DNA of 55,124 bases from Paracoccaceae bacterium (GTDB lineage: Bacteria > Pseudomonadota > Alphaproteobacteria > Rhodobacterales > Rhodobacteraceae), in the NCBI GenBank assembly GCA_040904645.1, contig JBBDTD010000044.1:1-55124 (forward strand). The letters are read 5' to 3'. Both the position numbers and the translations under genes were made by a program. The notes under the pieces are model-generated. The model did not search any database and was not told the origin of the DNA. It worked only from the letters and a program-made list of their open reading frames with translations. Below are positions 9,732 through 19,805 of the stretch, piece by piece (positions within the stretch are counted from its first letter, which is position 1; every line of letters starts with the position of its first letter).

Positions 9732-10577
9732 TCAGTCCGCGACCGCGACCTGAACCGGGTTTCGCGCCGGCAGGCCCTGAGCGAGCCGGGTTTTTTCAAC
9801 CCAGGCGGCGTAATCTTCCTGGCTCACCACTTTCACCGTGATCGGCATGAAGGAATGATCCTTGCCACAAAGCTCGGAGCACTGGCCGAAATAGGTGCCG
9901 ATAATATCTGCGCTGAACCAGAGCTCGTTCAGGCGGCCGGGGACCGCGTCGACCTTCACGCCGAAGGCCGGAACCGTCCAGGCGTGAATCACGTCGGAGC
10001 CGGTCACCAGCACATGCACATTGGCGTTCACCGGCACGACGACCGCGGTGTCGGCGGCGAGGAGATACTCGTCGGCGCTGTAACCGTTAGTCTGCAGATC
10101 GTCGGCGGCGAGCATGAGCGCGTCGAACTCGATCTCTTCGTCCGGATAGCTATAGGACCAGTACCACTGGTTGCCTGTCGCCTTGATCGTCAGGTCGGCC
10201 TCAGGGATGGTCAGCTGTTTGTAGAGGATCGGCAGAGAGATCGCGCCAATCACCACGAGGATGACGATCGGCGCGCCGGTCCATGCCACCTCGAGCAGGG
10301 CGTTATGTGTGAACCGCGCCGGCGTCGGGTTCTTCTTCGCGCCGAACCGCACGACGACGATCGCGAGCAGGCCGACCACGAGAACCACGATGCCGAGGCT
10401 CAGCCAGTGAAGGATCGCATCGAACCAGTAGATATCGCGCGCCAGCTCGGTCGCCGCCGGCTGGAAGCCGACGCCGCCCGCATGCGGCTTGCCAATGCTT
10501 TCCTGCGCTGTCGCCATTCCGGCGACAAGCGCCGCGGAGGCGGCGACAAGGCTGCTGATTGCGCTCGTTTTGAACAT
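9732..10577 (-). CDS. ctaC: Cytochrome c oxidase subunit II
   Basis: GNQWYWSY, DVIHAW, CuA motif CSELCGKDHSFM. Confidence 0.97.
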   Translation of the reverse strand: MFKTSAISSLVAASAALVAGMATAQESIGKPHAGGVGFQPAATELARDIYWFDAILHWLSLGIVVLVVGLLAIVVVRFGAKKNPTPARFTHNALLEVAWTGAPIVILVVIGAISLPILYKQLTIPEADLTIKATGNQWYWSYSYPDEEIEFDALMLAADDLQTNGYSADEYLLAADTAVVVPVNANVHVLVTGSDVIHAWTVPAFGVKVDAVPGRLNELWFSADIIGTYFGQCSELCGKDHSFMPITVKVVSQEDYAAWVEKTRLAQGLPARNPVQVAVAD

Positions 10578-10744
10578 CTGGGTGATCCCCCGGAAGCTGA
10601 TCGGTCAGTCGCGGTGAAGACTCTCCACGACGCTCCGCTTATCTATGAACTAGCCTAAGACCACAGCGCCCCGTGGAGGGCAAGCTGGACGATTGCGTCA
10701 TTCAGCCGCTAAAGCAGCCTGAAGCGGATACCGGAGGCCCTAAA

Positions 10745-12184
10745 TTGACGATCGATACCAAAGACGAAGACGCGCCGTTCCGCCCTTTCGAGACCGACCT
10801 GGACCGTGGCGAAGCGCTGGCGATCCTCCGCGACGCCGTGGCGGCCGCGGACGATGGCGAACTATTCCTCGAACGTCGCCGATCCGAATCGCTGACCTTC
10901 GACGATGGCCGGCTTCGTGGCGCCAGCTATGACAGCGCCAAGGGATTCGGCTTGCGCGCTGTCGCCGGCCCGGTCGCGGGCTACGCCCATTCGACCGAAC
11001 TGACGCTGGCCGCGTTGCGCCGCGCGGCGGAGACGGCGAAACTTGCCGCCGCCGAGGGCGTGAGCCTGCTCGCCCCACCGCCGGCGCCAACCAATCAGCG
11101 GCTTTATTCTCAGGAGAGCCCGATTTCGGGCATGAGTTTCGGCGCCAAGGTCAATCTCCTGCGGGAGATCGACGATTACCTCCGTGCGCGGGATCCGCGG
11201 GTGGTGCAGGTTTCCGTCAGCCTGGCGGGGCAATTGCAGGAGGTGGAGATTCTCCGCCCCGAAGGCGGCGCGCTTTTCGACGCGCGGCCGATGGCGCGGC
11301 TTTCGATCTCCGTCATTGTGGAAAAAGACGGGCGACGGGAAAGCGGCGCGTCCGGAGGCGGCGGTCGTTTCGGCTATGAGGCGCTGATCGCGCCGGGGGC
11401 CTGGAAGGCGCAGGCCGAGGAAGCGCTGCGCGTCGCGCTGGTCAATCTCGTCGCCGAGGATGCGCCAGCCGGGGTGATGGAGGTCGCGCTCGGCGCGGGT
11501 TGGCCGGGCATTCTGTTGCATGAAGCGATCGGGCACGGGCTTGAGGGTGATTTCAATCGCAAGAAGACTTCGGCCTTTTCCGGCCTGATGGGCCAGCGCA
11601 TCGCGGCGCCGGGCGTCACCGTGGTCGATGACGGGACCATGCCGGGGCGACGCGGCTCACTTTCCTTCGATGACGAAGGCACGCCTACCGGGCGCACCGT
11701 GCTCATCGAGGACGGAATCCTCACCGGTTACATGCAGGATCGACAGAACGCGCGGCTGATGGGCATGGCGCCCACCGGCAACGGCCGCCGGCAGAGCTTC
11801 GCGCATATTCCAATGCCGCGCATGACCAACACCATAATGACCAATGGCGAAGCCGACCCGGCCGACGTGGTCGCGGCGGTCAAGGACGGCATCTACGCCG
11901 TCGGCTTCGGCGGCGGGCAGGTCGATATCGTCAACGGCAAGTTTGTCTTCTCGTGCACCGAAGCTTACCGCGTGAAGAACGGCCGGGTTCTGAGCCCGGT
12001 GAAGGGCGCGACGCTGATCGGCGACGGGCCAACCGCGCTGAAACGCGTGCGGATGATCGCAAACGACCTGGCGCTCGACCCCGGAATTGGAACTTGCGGC
12101 AAGAACGGGCAGGGGGTTCCGGTCGGGGTCGGACAGCCGACCTTGCTGATTGACGGCTTGACGGTCGGCGGCTCAGCCGCATGA
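10745..12184 (+). CDS. tldD: Metalloprotease TldD
   Basis: LHEAIGHGLEGDFNRK, CGKNGQGVPVGVGQPT. TTG start inferred after GGAGG. Confidence 0.93.
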   Translation: MTIDTKDEDAPFRPFETDLDRGEALAILRDAVAAADDGELFLERRRSESLTFDDGRLRGASYDSAKGFGLRAVAGPVAGYAHSTELTLAALRRAAETAKLAAAEGVSLLAPPPAPTNQRLYSQESPISGMSFGAKVNLLREIDDYLRARDPRVVQVSVSLAGQLQEVEILRPEGGALFDARPMARLSISVIVEKDGRRESGASGGGGRFGYEALIAPGAWKAQAEEALRVALVNLVAEDAPAGVMEVALGAGWPGILLHEAIGHGLEGDFNRKKTSAFSGLMGQRIAAPGVTVVDDGTMPGRRGSLSFDDEGTPTGRTVLIEDGILTGYMQDRQNARLMGMAPTGNGRRQSFAHIPMPRMTNTIMTNGEADPADVVAAVKDGIYAVGFGGGQVDIVNGKFVFSCTEAYRVKNGRVLSPVKGATLIGDGPTALKRVRMIANDLALDPGIGTCGKNGQGVPVGVGQPTLLIDGLTVGGSAA

Positions 12185-12307
12185 TGGTTCGACCGGGGAA
12201 AAACAGCTCAGAGCCATACGGTTGGACCGACTGCCTAACCATGTGATATCACTGAAGGCGAACATCGGAAGCGACCACGAGATTGGCTGTCCAGGGAAAG
12301 CACGAAC

Positions 12308-13000
12308 ATGGCGGATTTCGCGGGTATACCGCTTCTCGAAGGTTTGCCGGCGGACGTGGCTGCAAGCGCCGCTCCCAAATGCCGGTGGAAGACCTTCGAG
12401 GCGCATGAGCTGATCGTCGATTACGGCGACGAATCGAACGACGTCCTGTTCATAATCTCCGGCCAGGTCCGGGTGCTCATGTCATCGGCCTACGGGCGGC
12501 ATGTGATTCTGAATCATCTCGATCGTGGTGATTTCTTCGGCGAGATGTCGGCGATCGACGGGCGAACCCGCTCGGCCTCGGTCATCGCGCTCTATAATTC
12601 CGAAATCTGCGTGATGCCGGGTGAAGTCTTCATGGATCTGGCGACCACAGTCCCCACTGTCGCGCGGCGGACGCTGGAGAAACTGACGGAGCGGGTGCGT
12701 ACGATCAATGAGCGGCTCGCGGAGCAGGCGTTTCTCACCGCGCGCCAGCGGCTCTGCGCGGAATTGCTGCGCCAGTCTCGGCCGCGCGCCGGGCACCCCG
12801 GGCAACGAATCGTCTCTCCGCCCCCGATTCAGGAGGATCTCGCGAATCTCATCTCCTCGCGCCGCGAAGTCGTCAGCCGGGAACTTTCCGTACTGACGCG
12901 CGACGGCGTGATGGAGCGGAGCCGGGGCGGGCTGATTCTGACCGATGTGGAGGAACTGAGTCGCCGCGTGGAAGAGGCGATGGGGCCGATTCGGCCCTGA
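12308..13000 (+). CDS. Crp/Fnr family transcriptional regulator
   Basis: cNMP-domain motif FFGEMS...RSASV; HTH EDLANLISSRREVVSREL; no Fnr cysteine cluster. Confidence 0.9.
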   Translation: MADFAGIPLLEGLPADVAASAAPKCRWKTFEAHELIVDYGDESNDVLFIISGQVRVLMSSAYGRHVILNHLDRGDFFGEMSAIDGRTRSASVIALYNSEICVMPGEVFMDLATTVPTVARRTLEKLTERVRTINERLAEQAFLTARQRLCAELLRQSRPRAGHPGQRIVSPPPIQEDLANLISSRREVVSRELSVLTRDGVMERSRGGLILTDVEELSRRVEEAMGPIRP

Positions 13001-13038
13001 GGCCGACCTGATTCGGCCGCGACTCAGGGGCGCTGACC

Positions 13039-13491
13039 TCAGGTCAGCGCGTTTTTCACAGCCTCGCCGGCTTTGCCGAAATCCATCCGGCCCTGATACT
13101 TGGCTTTCAGGCTGCCCATCACCTTGCCCATGTCCTTGATGGACTGCGCATGGGCGCTGCGGATCGCCTCCTGCACCGCCTCGGTCACTTCGTCCGGGGC
13201 GAGCGGTTTGGGCATGAATTCCCGAATGATGCGGATTTCAGAACGTTCCTGCTTCGCGAGGTCCTCACGACCGCCATCCGCATAGGCTTTTGCGCTTTCC
13301 TCGCGCTGCTTCACCATCTTGGCGAGCACTTCGAGCGCGGCGGCGTCGTTCAGTCCGGTGGGGTCTTCGCCGCCGCGCGCGGCGATCTCCCGTTCATTCA
13401 ACGCGGCGTTCATGAGGCGGAGCGTGCAGATGCGCTGCTGCTCTCGGTCCTTCATCGCCGCTTTGAGGGCGGCGTTGATACGGTCACGCAT
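13039..13491 (-). CDS. GatB/YqeY domain protein
   Basis: LKAAMK...TLRL, KMVKQREES, KDMGKVMG. Confidence 0.92.
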   Translation of the reverse strand: MRDRINAALKAAMKDREQQRICTLRLMNAALNEREIAARGGEDPTGLNDAAALEVLAKMVKQREESAKAYADGGREDLAKQERSEIRIIREFMPKPLAPDEVTEAVQEAIRSAHAQSIKDMGKVMGSLKAKYQGRMDFGKAGEAVKNALT

Positions 13492-13624
13492 GTCAGATTA
13501 AGTCCTGGTTGCGTCGCAACGCGACATTGAGGCAAGACGATATCGCAACTGCGAAGTTTTTTCAAATCCTATGCTCTACGCTAACTGTCTGAAGTGTATG
13601 AATAATTTTGAGGTCACCGGAGTG

Positions 13625-13653
13625 TTGACGTGGCCGTCGGGGTTCTCTAGCTT
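13625..13653 (+). promoter_or_regulatory. sigma70-type promoter for carA
   Basis: TTGACG-N17-TAGCTT, about 30 nt before the carA ATG. Confidence 0.6.
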
Positions 13654-13682
13654 CCGCGCGATCTTCGCCTTGGACCCAGCAC

Positions 13683-14822
13683 ATGACCCATAATTCGCAG
13701 CCGACCGCCTGCCTCGCTCTGGCCGATGGGTCGCTTTTCTACGGGCGCGGCTTCGGCGCGCCCGGAATCGTTGCGGGCGAACTATGCTTCAATACGGCCA
13801 TGACAGGCTATCAGGAGATCATGACCGACCCGTCCTATGCCGGGCAGCTTGTGACCTTCACCTTCCCGCATATAGGGAATGTCGGCGCCAACGCCGAAGA
13901 TGAAGAATCCGAGCGCCCCGCCGCGCTCGGCATGATCGTTCGGATGGACCCGACCGCGCCTTCCAACTGGCGGGCGGCCGAGACGCTGTCCGAATGGCTG
14001 GTGAAGCGCGGCTGCATCGCTATCGGCGGTGTCGACACAAGGCGGCTGACGCGCACGATTCGCAGGCAAGGCGCGCCGCACGCGGCGCTCGGCTTTTCGC
14101 CGGATGGCGCGCCCGACCCGGCGGCGCTGATCGCGGCGGCGCGCGCTTTCACCGGCCTCGAAGGCGCCGACCTGGCCAGGGAGGTGACCGCGCCGCAGGC
14201 CTATCGCTGGGATGAAATGCGCTGGGCCTGGCCGGGCGGCTGGGCGCGCCAGACAGGCGCGGGCAGAAAGGTCGTGGCGGTGGACTTCGGGGCCAAGCGC
14301 AATATCTTGCGCTGCCTCGCCTCCGCGGGGGCCGAGATCATCGTTCTGCCGGCGACGGCGACAGGTGAGGAGGTGCTGGCGCATAAGCCCGACGGCGTTT
14401 TCCTTTCCAACGGTCCGGGCGATCCGGCGGCGACCGGCGCCTATGCGGCGCCAATGATCAAGGACGTGCTGGCGGCGGAGATTCCGATCTTCGGCATATG
14501 CCTCGGCCATCAGATGCTCGCGCTCGCGCTCGGTGCGAGGACCATAAAGATGAGCCATGGTCATCACGGGGCGAATCATCCGGTGCGCGAAACCGCGACC
14601 GGCAAGGTCGAGATCACCTCGATGAACCATGGTTTCGCAGTGGACGCGCAGACACTGCCCGCCGGGGTGGAGGAGACGCATGTCTCGCTCTTCGACGGCT
14701 CGAACTGTGGCATCCGGATGAAGGGGCGCCCGGTTTTTTCCGTGCAGCACCACCCGGAGGCGAGCCCCGGCCCCCAGGATAGCTACTATCTGTTCGAGCG
14801 GTTCATCGCCTCGATGGCGTAA
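13683..14822 (+). CDS. carA: Carbamoyl-phosphate synthase small subunit
   Basis: FNTAMTGYQE, SNGPGDP, GICLGHQ, QHHPEASPGP. Confidence 0.97.
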   Translation: MTHNSQPTACLALADGSLFYGRGFGAPGIVAGELCFNTAMTGYQEIMTDPSYAGQLVTFTFPHIGNVGANAEDEESERPAALGMIVRMDPTAPSNWRAAETLSEWLVKRGCIAIGGVDTRRLTRTIRRQGAPHAALGFSPDGAPDPAALIAAARAFTGLEGADLAREVTAPQAYRWDEMRWAWPGGWARQTGAGRKVVAVDFGAKRNILRCLASAGAEIIVLPATATGEEVLAHKPDGVFLSNGPGDPAATGAYAAPMIKDVLAAEIPIFGICLGHQMLALALGARTIKMSHGHHGANHPVRETATGKVEITSMNHGFAVDAQTLPAGVEETHVSLFDGSNCGIRMKGRPVFSVQHHPEASPGPQDSYYLFERFIASMA

Positions 14823-14857
14823 CCGTCGCGCGGAAAGCGCCGCGTGATTCGGACAGA

Positions 14858-14872
14858 TTAACCCCCTGTTAA
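14858..14872. promoter_or_regulatory. CtrA-type binding site
   Basis: TTAA-CCCCCTG-TTAA matches TTAA-N7-TTAA, about 100 nt upstream of the GT2 gene; such a site is rare in GC-rich DNA. Confidence 0.6.
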
Positions 14873-14973
14873 TCGAAATTGACGAAACGTCGCCTGTTTC
14901 GCAGCGCATTCGCGTATGCGGGGAGGATTGTGATGCCGGTTTCGATCTGGCCTGAAGCGCCGGGGCGGAGCTG

Positions 14974-16851
14974 ATGGCGAAGGATGACGAACATACGCCG
15001 CAGCGGGACGCCGACCCACGGCTGCTCGGAGAAATACTGTTGGCCGAAGGCGTGATCGTCGCCGCCGATATCGAGCGGGCGATCCATGCGCAACTGCTCA
15101 GCCGGGCCAGGATCGGCGAGATTTTGGTGATTCGTGGCGGTGCAGACGCTTCGGTGATCGCCGAAACGGCGGCGCGGCAATCGGGGCATGATTTCATCGA
15201 TCTGCGGGTGGCGCCGTTGGACGGCGGCCTGATCGGGGCGGACGAGATCGATTTCTGTCTTCGCAACCGACTGGCGCCCTTCCGGGATGGACTGGGCCAG
15301 ATCGCCTATGTAGCCGCGTCGCCGGAGCTTGCGGCGGCGCGGCTTTCCGACCGTGGCGGCGAGTTCGCCACCGTCGCCGCCGCCGAGGGGCGCGCGTTTT
15401 CCACCGCGTTCATAGCGGCGTGCGGGCCGCGGCTCGCGGAGCGTTCGGCGACCCGGCGCCCCGATGAAGGGAGCCTGCGGCCGGGCTTCGCCCGGTGGCA
15501 GGTCGGCTGCGTGTTGGGATTGACGGCGGCGGCGGCGGCGCTCACCGTCGCCAAGCCCGGTCTCGCATTGGCGGTCGGGATCTGGGGCGCTGTCGGGGTG
15601 ATGGTCCTCAATGGCGGTCTCTGGGCGGCGGCGCTCCTTGCGCGTCCGCGCCGCGTAACGCTGGCGGCGCCGAGCGGGGAGACGGCGTTTCGCGCGCTGC
15701 CAATCGTCACGCTGCTGGTGCCGCTTTACCGGGAGCCGGAAACTGCGCCGCTGTTGATGAACGCGCTCGCCGCGCTCGACTACCCGGCCGAACTGCTTGA
15801 TATAAAAATCATTCTCGAAGCCGATGACGCGGAGACGCTGGCGGCTCTCGGGGCGCTGGGGGCGCCGCGGCAATGCGAGATCCTGATTGCGCCGGCGGGC
15901 GCCCCGCGGACCAAACCACGGGCGCTGAACTTCGCGCTCGATTTCGCCCGCGGCGCTATCATTGGCATCTACGACGCGGAGGACAGACCGGCGCCCGACC
16001 AGATCACGCAGGTCGTCGCCCAATTCGCCGCCGCGCCAGCGGATGTCGCCTGCGTGCAGGCGCGCCTCGGCTATTATAACGCACGCGAAAACTGGCTGAC
16101 CCGGTGTTTCGAGATCGAATACGCGAGCTGGTTCGATGCGATGCTGCCGGGGCTCTTTCGGCTTGGAATGCCCATCCCGCTGGGCGGCACGTCGCTCTTT
16201 CTGCGGCGCGAGGCGTTGGACGCTGTGGGCGGGTGGGACAGCCACAATGTCACCGAGGACGCCGATCTCGGCATGATGCTGGCCCGCGCCGGCCTGCGGA
16301 CCGAGCTGTCCCCCTCAATCACCGAGGAAGAGGCGAGCAGCACGCCCGGCGCATGGGTGCGCCAACGTTCGCGTTGGTTGAAAGGCTATCTCTCGACCTG
16401 GACGACACACATGCGCCGACCGGTTCTTCTGTTCAGGGAGTTGGGCCCCTGGCGCTTTCTGGGGTTCAACGGCATCCTGCTTTCGGCTGTGCTCGGCTAT
16501 CTGTCGCTTCCCTGGCTGTGGCTGGTCGTCCTCGTCGGGTTTTGGGTTGATCTGCGGGCGGGCGCCGCGAGCGAGGCTTTTGGCGCGCTGTCGGTGGCGA
16601 CCACGGCGGTTCTGCCGATCATGTTCGCCGCCGCAGCGTTCGGCCTGTGGCGGCGCGGGCGGCTCGCGCTCGTCGGATGGACCTTGACCCTGCCGGCTTA
16701 CTGGGGGCTTGGCGCGCTCGCAGCCTATCTGGCCTTGTGGGAGCTGGTCGTGGCGCCGTCGAGTTGGCGCAAGACCCAGCATGGCGTGGGGCGCATCGCC
16801 AGGGAACTGAGAGCGGCTGCATTGAGGGGTGCTGAGCTGGGGCGGGATTGA
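14974..16851 (+). CDS. Processive-type GT2 glycosyltransferase with N-terminal MshEN-like domain
   Basis: RLLGEILLAEGVI...AIHAQ...RIGEILV (MshEN-like); YDAED, TEDAD, RQRSRW (QxxRW); multiple TM segments. Confidence 0.85.
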   Translation: MAKDDEHTPQRDADPRLLGEILLAEGVIVAADIERAIHAQLLSRARIGEILVIRGGADASVIAETAARQSGHDFIDLRVAPLDGGLIGADEIDFCLRNRLAPFRDGLGQIAYVAASPELAAARLSDRGGEFATVAAAEGRAFSTAFIAACGPRLAERSATRRPDEGSLRPGFARWQVGCVLGLTAAAAALTVAKPGLALAVGIWGAVGVMVLNGGLWAAALLARPRRVTLAAPSGETAFRALPIVTLLVPLYREPETAPLLMNALAALDYPAELLDIKIILEADDAETLAALGALGAPRQCEILIAPAGAPRTKPRALNFALDFARGAIIGIYDAEDRPAPDQITQVVAQFAAAPADVACVQARLGYYNARENWLTRCFEIEYASWFDAMLPGLFRLGMPIPLGGTSLFLRREALDAVGGWDSHNVTEDADLGMMLARAGLRTELSPSITEEEASSTPGAWVRQRSRWLKGYLSTWTTHMRRPVLLFRELGPWRFLGFNGILLSAVLGYLSLPWLWLVVLVGFWVDLRAGAASEAFGALSVATTAVLPIMFAAAAFGLWRRGRLALVGWTLTLPAYWGLGALAAYLALWELVVAPSSWRKTQHGVGRIARELRAAALRGAELGRD

Positions 16852-16871
16852 GCGAACGCGAGGGCGCTGAA

Positions 16872-16917
16872 AGCGAAAACGGCGTTCCGAAATGTGGGGC
16901 ATTTCCCGGAACGCCGT
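16872..16917 (-). terminator. Intrinsic terminator hairpin (may also stop the GT2 transcript)
   Basis: ACGGCGTTCCG/CGGAACGCCGT 11-bp stem plus AAATG/CATTT, followed by TTTCGCTTTC on the minus strand. Confidence 0.65.
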
Positions 16918-17035
16918 ATCGGGCGATCAAATGTCGCTCGATTCAGGACTGGCTCTCCCGTTGTGGGGCGGGATCTGCCTAGGCTGAGCCTACTGTGGAG
17001 GGGACTCAGCCCACGTCGCTGTTCGTGGAGATCAA
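16872..17035 (-). ncRNA. Candidate multi-hairpin small RNA with C-rich loops
   Basis: 4-5 consecutive hairpins, three carrying C(C/U)CCACA at the apex; terminal hairpin followed by UUUU; AT-rich -10-like hexamers upstream. The 5' end is uncertain. Confidence 0.4.
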
Positions 17036-17660
17036 ATTACATTATCAACACGTTTCAGCGAGCGCCTTGTCGCCTGTGTCGTTGATTATACTCCATTCTC
17101 CGATGGCGATCGCCGCGACATCAGTGCGCGATCAGGGAGGATTGGGGGGTGACGGAGCGTCAACGAAGACTCGCCAATTTGAAATTCGCAAATGGAAGCG
17201 AATGCGATTGGCGGACAGTCGTGTGGGACTGAATATTGGCGCTGCGGGCAAGAAAGTGAGGGCCTCATGGCGATCCGCACGCTATTCATGTGGCCGGCGC
17301 CTGCCTCTTCATGGGATGAACTGCAGCGAGGTTTTCGCCTGAACGCCGTTCATTATGCATGAATGGTTTGGATATGGGGCTTGCGCCCATGGATGACGGG
17401 CGTCTCGTCGATTCCCTTTGGCGTTTGTGTGCCCGCTACGATTCGCCAATAACGCGACCAATCGTCTTCAGCGCCGTACAGTTTGCGGGAGAGTCGGCGC
17501 AATTCGCGAGGCGCGCGATCTCTATTGACGCTACCGAAATGGATCGGTTGGCGCCGGCGCGCACGCTAAGCGCCCTGCGAAGCGCGCGGGGCAGACTCAG
17601 CGCCGCTTGAAGCGGAAGAAAACGCCACAAATCTTATCGGGCCTTGGACGCCGAGTTCAT

Positions 17661-17675
17661 TGCTGCACTGCAACA
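17661..17675. promoter_or_regulatory. PhaR-like TGC-rich operator
   Basis: TGCTGCACTGCAACA, 41 nt before the ParA-like start. Confidence 0.35.
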
Positions 17676-17716
17676 GTTCTGCTAATGCTGGCTGAACATA
17701 GCGGAATGAGGCGCTG

Positions 17717-18349
17717 ATGGCCAAGGTTCTGACATTCGCCCAACAAAAGGGCGGCGCAGGCAAGACGACGCTGCTGACGCAGCTTGCCGTAGCGTTCGGC
17801 GCGGAAGGCAAGCGGCGGATCGCGCTGATCGACCTCGACCCGCAGCGTACGCTGACATCCTGGGTGGACGAGCGTATCAAGCGCCGCGGCGAGCCCGATA
17901 TGGATCTGATCGAATCGAGCGAATGGCGCATCGGTGCTGATATCTCGAAGGCGGCTCGCGACGCCGACCTGATCCTCGTCGACTGTCCCGGCAACGCAGA
18001 CGTGATGCTGAACCGCGTGCTGCGCGAGACTGACCTTGTAATCGTTCCGGCCCAGCCCTCAGCGCCAGACGTATGGGCGACGCGGGCGACGCTTCGCATG
18101 GCGATGAAACAGGGCGCCGACGCGCGCGTGGTCCTGAACCGCGTTCCGCCGCGCGGCGCCGGGGTCGAGGAGATGGCCGCGCAACTCGTCGAGGAGGGCG
18201 CCGATCTCATGGAAGAGCGGATCGGAAACCGCATCGCCTTCGCCAACGCCTTCGCCGAAGGGGCGGCGGTGACAGAAACCGCGAAATCCTCCAAAGCCGC
18301 TGAGGAGATCGCCGCTCTGGCGAAGACGGTGCTCAAGAAGCTCCGCTGA
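17717..18349 (+). CDS. Orphan ParA-family ATPase
   Basis: Deviant Walker [20 protein letters not shown]; no ParB nearby. Confidence 0.88.
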   Translation: MAKVLTFAQQKGGAGKTTLLTQLAVAFGAEGKRRIALIDLDPQRTLTSWVDERIKRRGEPDMDLIESSEWRIGADISKAARDADLILVDCPGNADVMLNRVLRETDLVIVPAQPSAPDVWATRATLRMAMKQGADARVVLNRVPPRGAGVEEMAAQLVEEGADLMEERIGNRIAFANAFAEGAAVTETAKSSKAAEEIAALAKTVLKKLR

Positions 18350-18387
18350 CGCTGGCGCGTGGGGCCAAGCTTCGCTATAGCCCGCCG

Positions 18388-19770
18388 ATGAGCCTCAACC
18401 CGCCACAGCTACGCCCCGACCTCGCGCCGCGCGGCTTCGGCGCCGATGCGCCCCGCCCCGGGCAGAAGCGCATCGGCATGGTCTCCCTCGGTTGTCCGAA
18501 GGCGCTGGTCGATTCCGAACGTATCCTGACCCGGCTCCGCGCCGAAGGATACGCGCTGTCGCCGGATTACCAGGGCGCCGAGGCGGTGATCGTCAATACA
18601 TGCGGCTTCCTCGACAGCGCCAAGGCGGAGAGTCTCTCCGCGATCGGCGAGGCGCTGAGCGCCAATGGACGGGTGATCGTCACCGGCTGCCTCGGCGCGG
18701 ATGAGGCGTTGATCCGCGAGGCGCACCCCAACGTTCTGGCCGTCACCGGGCCGCATCAATATGAGGCGGTGCTGGACGCGGTGCATGAAGCCGTGCCGCC
18801 CAGCCCCGATCCCTTCGTCGATCTGATCCCGGCCGCCGGCGTGCGGCTGACGCCAAGGCATTTCGCATATCTGAAGATCTCCGAAGGCTGCAACCATAAA
18901 TGCCGCTTCTGCATCATCCCCTCGATGCGCGGCCCACTCCAATCGCGTCCCGCGAACGCGGTGCTGCGTGAGGCGGAGCGGCTGGCGGAAGCGGGGGTGA
19001 AGGAACTGCTCGTCATCTCCCAGGACACCTCGGCCTATGGCAAGGATATCGGCTACGCCGCTTCGCCCTGGCGCGGCGAGGATCGCAAGGCGCATATCGT
19101 CGATCTTGCGGCGGCGCTTGGCGAACTCGGTATCTGGGTGCGCCTCCACTACATTTATCCCTATCCGCATGTGGACCGGCTGATTCCGCTGATGGGCGAG
19201 GGGCGCGTGCTTCCCTATCTCGACATCCCGTTTCAGCATTCGCATCCCGATGTGCTGAAGAGGATGGCGCGGCCGGCGGCCTCGGCGAAGACGCTGGACC
19301 GCATCGCGGCCTGGCGCGCCATGCGCCCCGACCTCGCGCTCCGCTCCACCTTCATCGTCGGCTATCCGGGGGAGACGGAGGCGGAGTTCAGCCATCTTCT
19401 CGACTGGTTGAAGGAGGCCCGCCTCGACCGGGTCGGTTGCTTCAAATACGAGAACGTCTCGGGCGCGCGGGCCAATGCGCTGCCCGATCACCTGCCCGAC
19501 GAAGTGAAGGAAGAACGCTACGCCCGCTTCATGGAGGCCGCGCAGGGGATCTCCGCCGAAAAAATGGCGGCGCGGGTCGGGACGACGATCGAAGTGATCG
19601 TCGACGAGGTTGACGACGAGGGCGCCGTCGCGCGCTCAAAGATGGACGCGCCCGAAATCGACGGTCAGGTCTTCATCGACGAAGGGTTCGAGGGGCTCGC
19701 GCCCGGCGATATCGTCAAGGTGAAGGTCGAAGAAGCGGCGGAATACGATCTCTGGGCCCGCCGCGCTTGA
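18388..19770 (+). CDS. rimO: Ribosomal protein S12 methylthiotransferase
   Basis: [17 protein letters not shown], radical [18 protein letters not shown] in the TRAM domain. Confidence 0.96.
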   Translation: MSLNPPQLRPDLAPRGFGADAPRPGQKRIGMVSLGCPKALVDSERILTRLRAEGYALSPDYQGAEAVIVNTCGFLDSAKAESLSAIGEALSANGRVIVTGCLGADEALIREAHPNVLAVTGPHQYEAVLDAVHEAVPPSPDPFVDLIPAAGVRLTPRHFAYLKISEGCNHKCRFCIIPSMRGPLQSRPANAVLREAERLAEAGVKELLVISQDTSAYGKDIGYAASPWRGEDRKAHIVDLAAALGELGIWVRLHYIYPYPHVDRLIPLMGEGRVLPYLDIPFQHSHPDVLKRMARPAASAKTLDRIAAWRAMRPDLALRSTFIVGYPGETEAEFSHLLDWLKEARLDRVGCFKYENVSGARANALPDHLPDEVKEERYARFMEAAQGISAEKMAARVGTTIEVIVDEVDDEGAVARSKMDAPEIDGQVFIDEGFEGLAPGDIVKVKVEEAAEYDLWARRA

Positions 19771-19805
19771 GCCGACGCGCCTGAAAAGGCTGTGAGGAGG
19801 CCGCG

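Noticed and set aside
6407-10577. Cytochrome oxidase operon lacking subunit I
   Set aside because: A separate ctaD locus is normal in Rhodobacterales.
12243-12252. GTGATATCAC palindrome upstream of the Crp/Fnr gene
   Set aside because: Spacing does not fit TGTGA-N6-TCACA or the FNR box, and it is too short to support alone.
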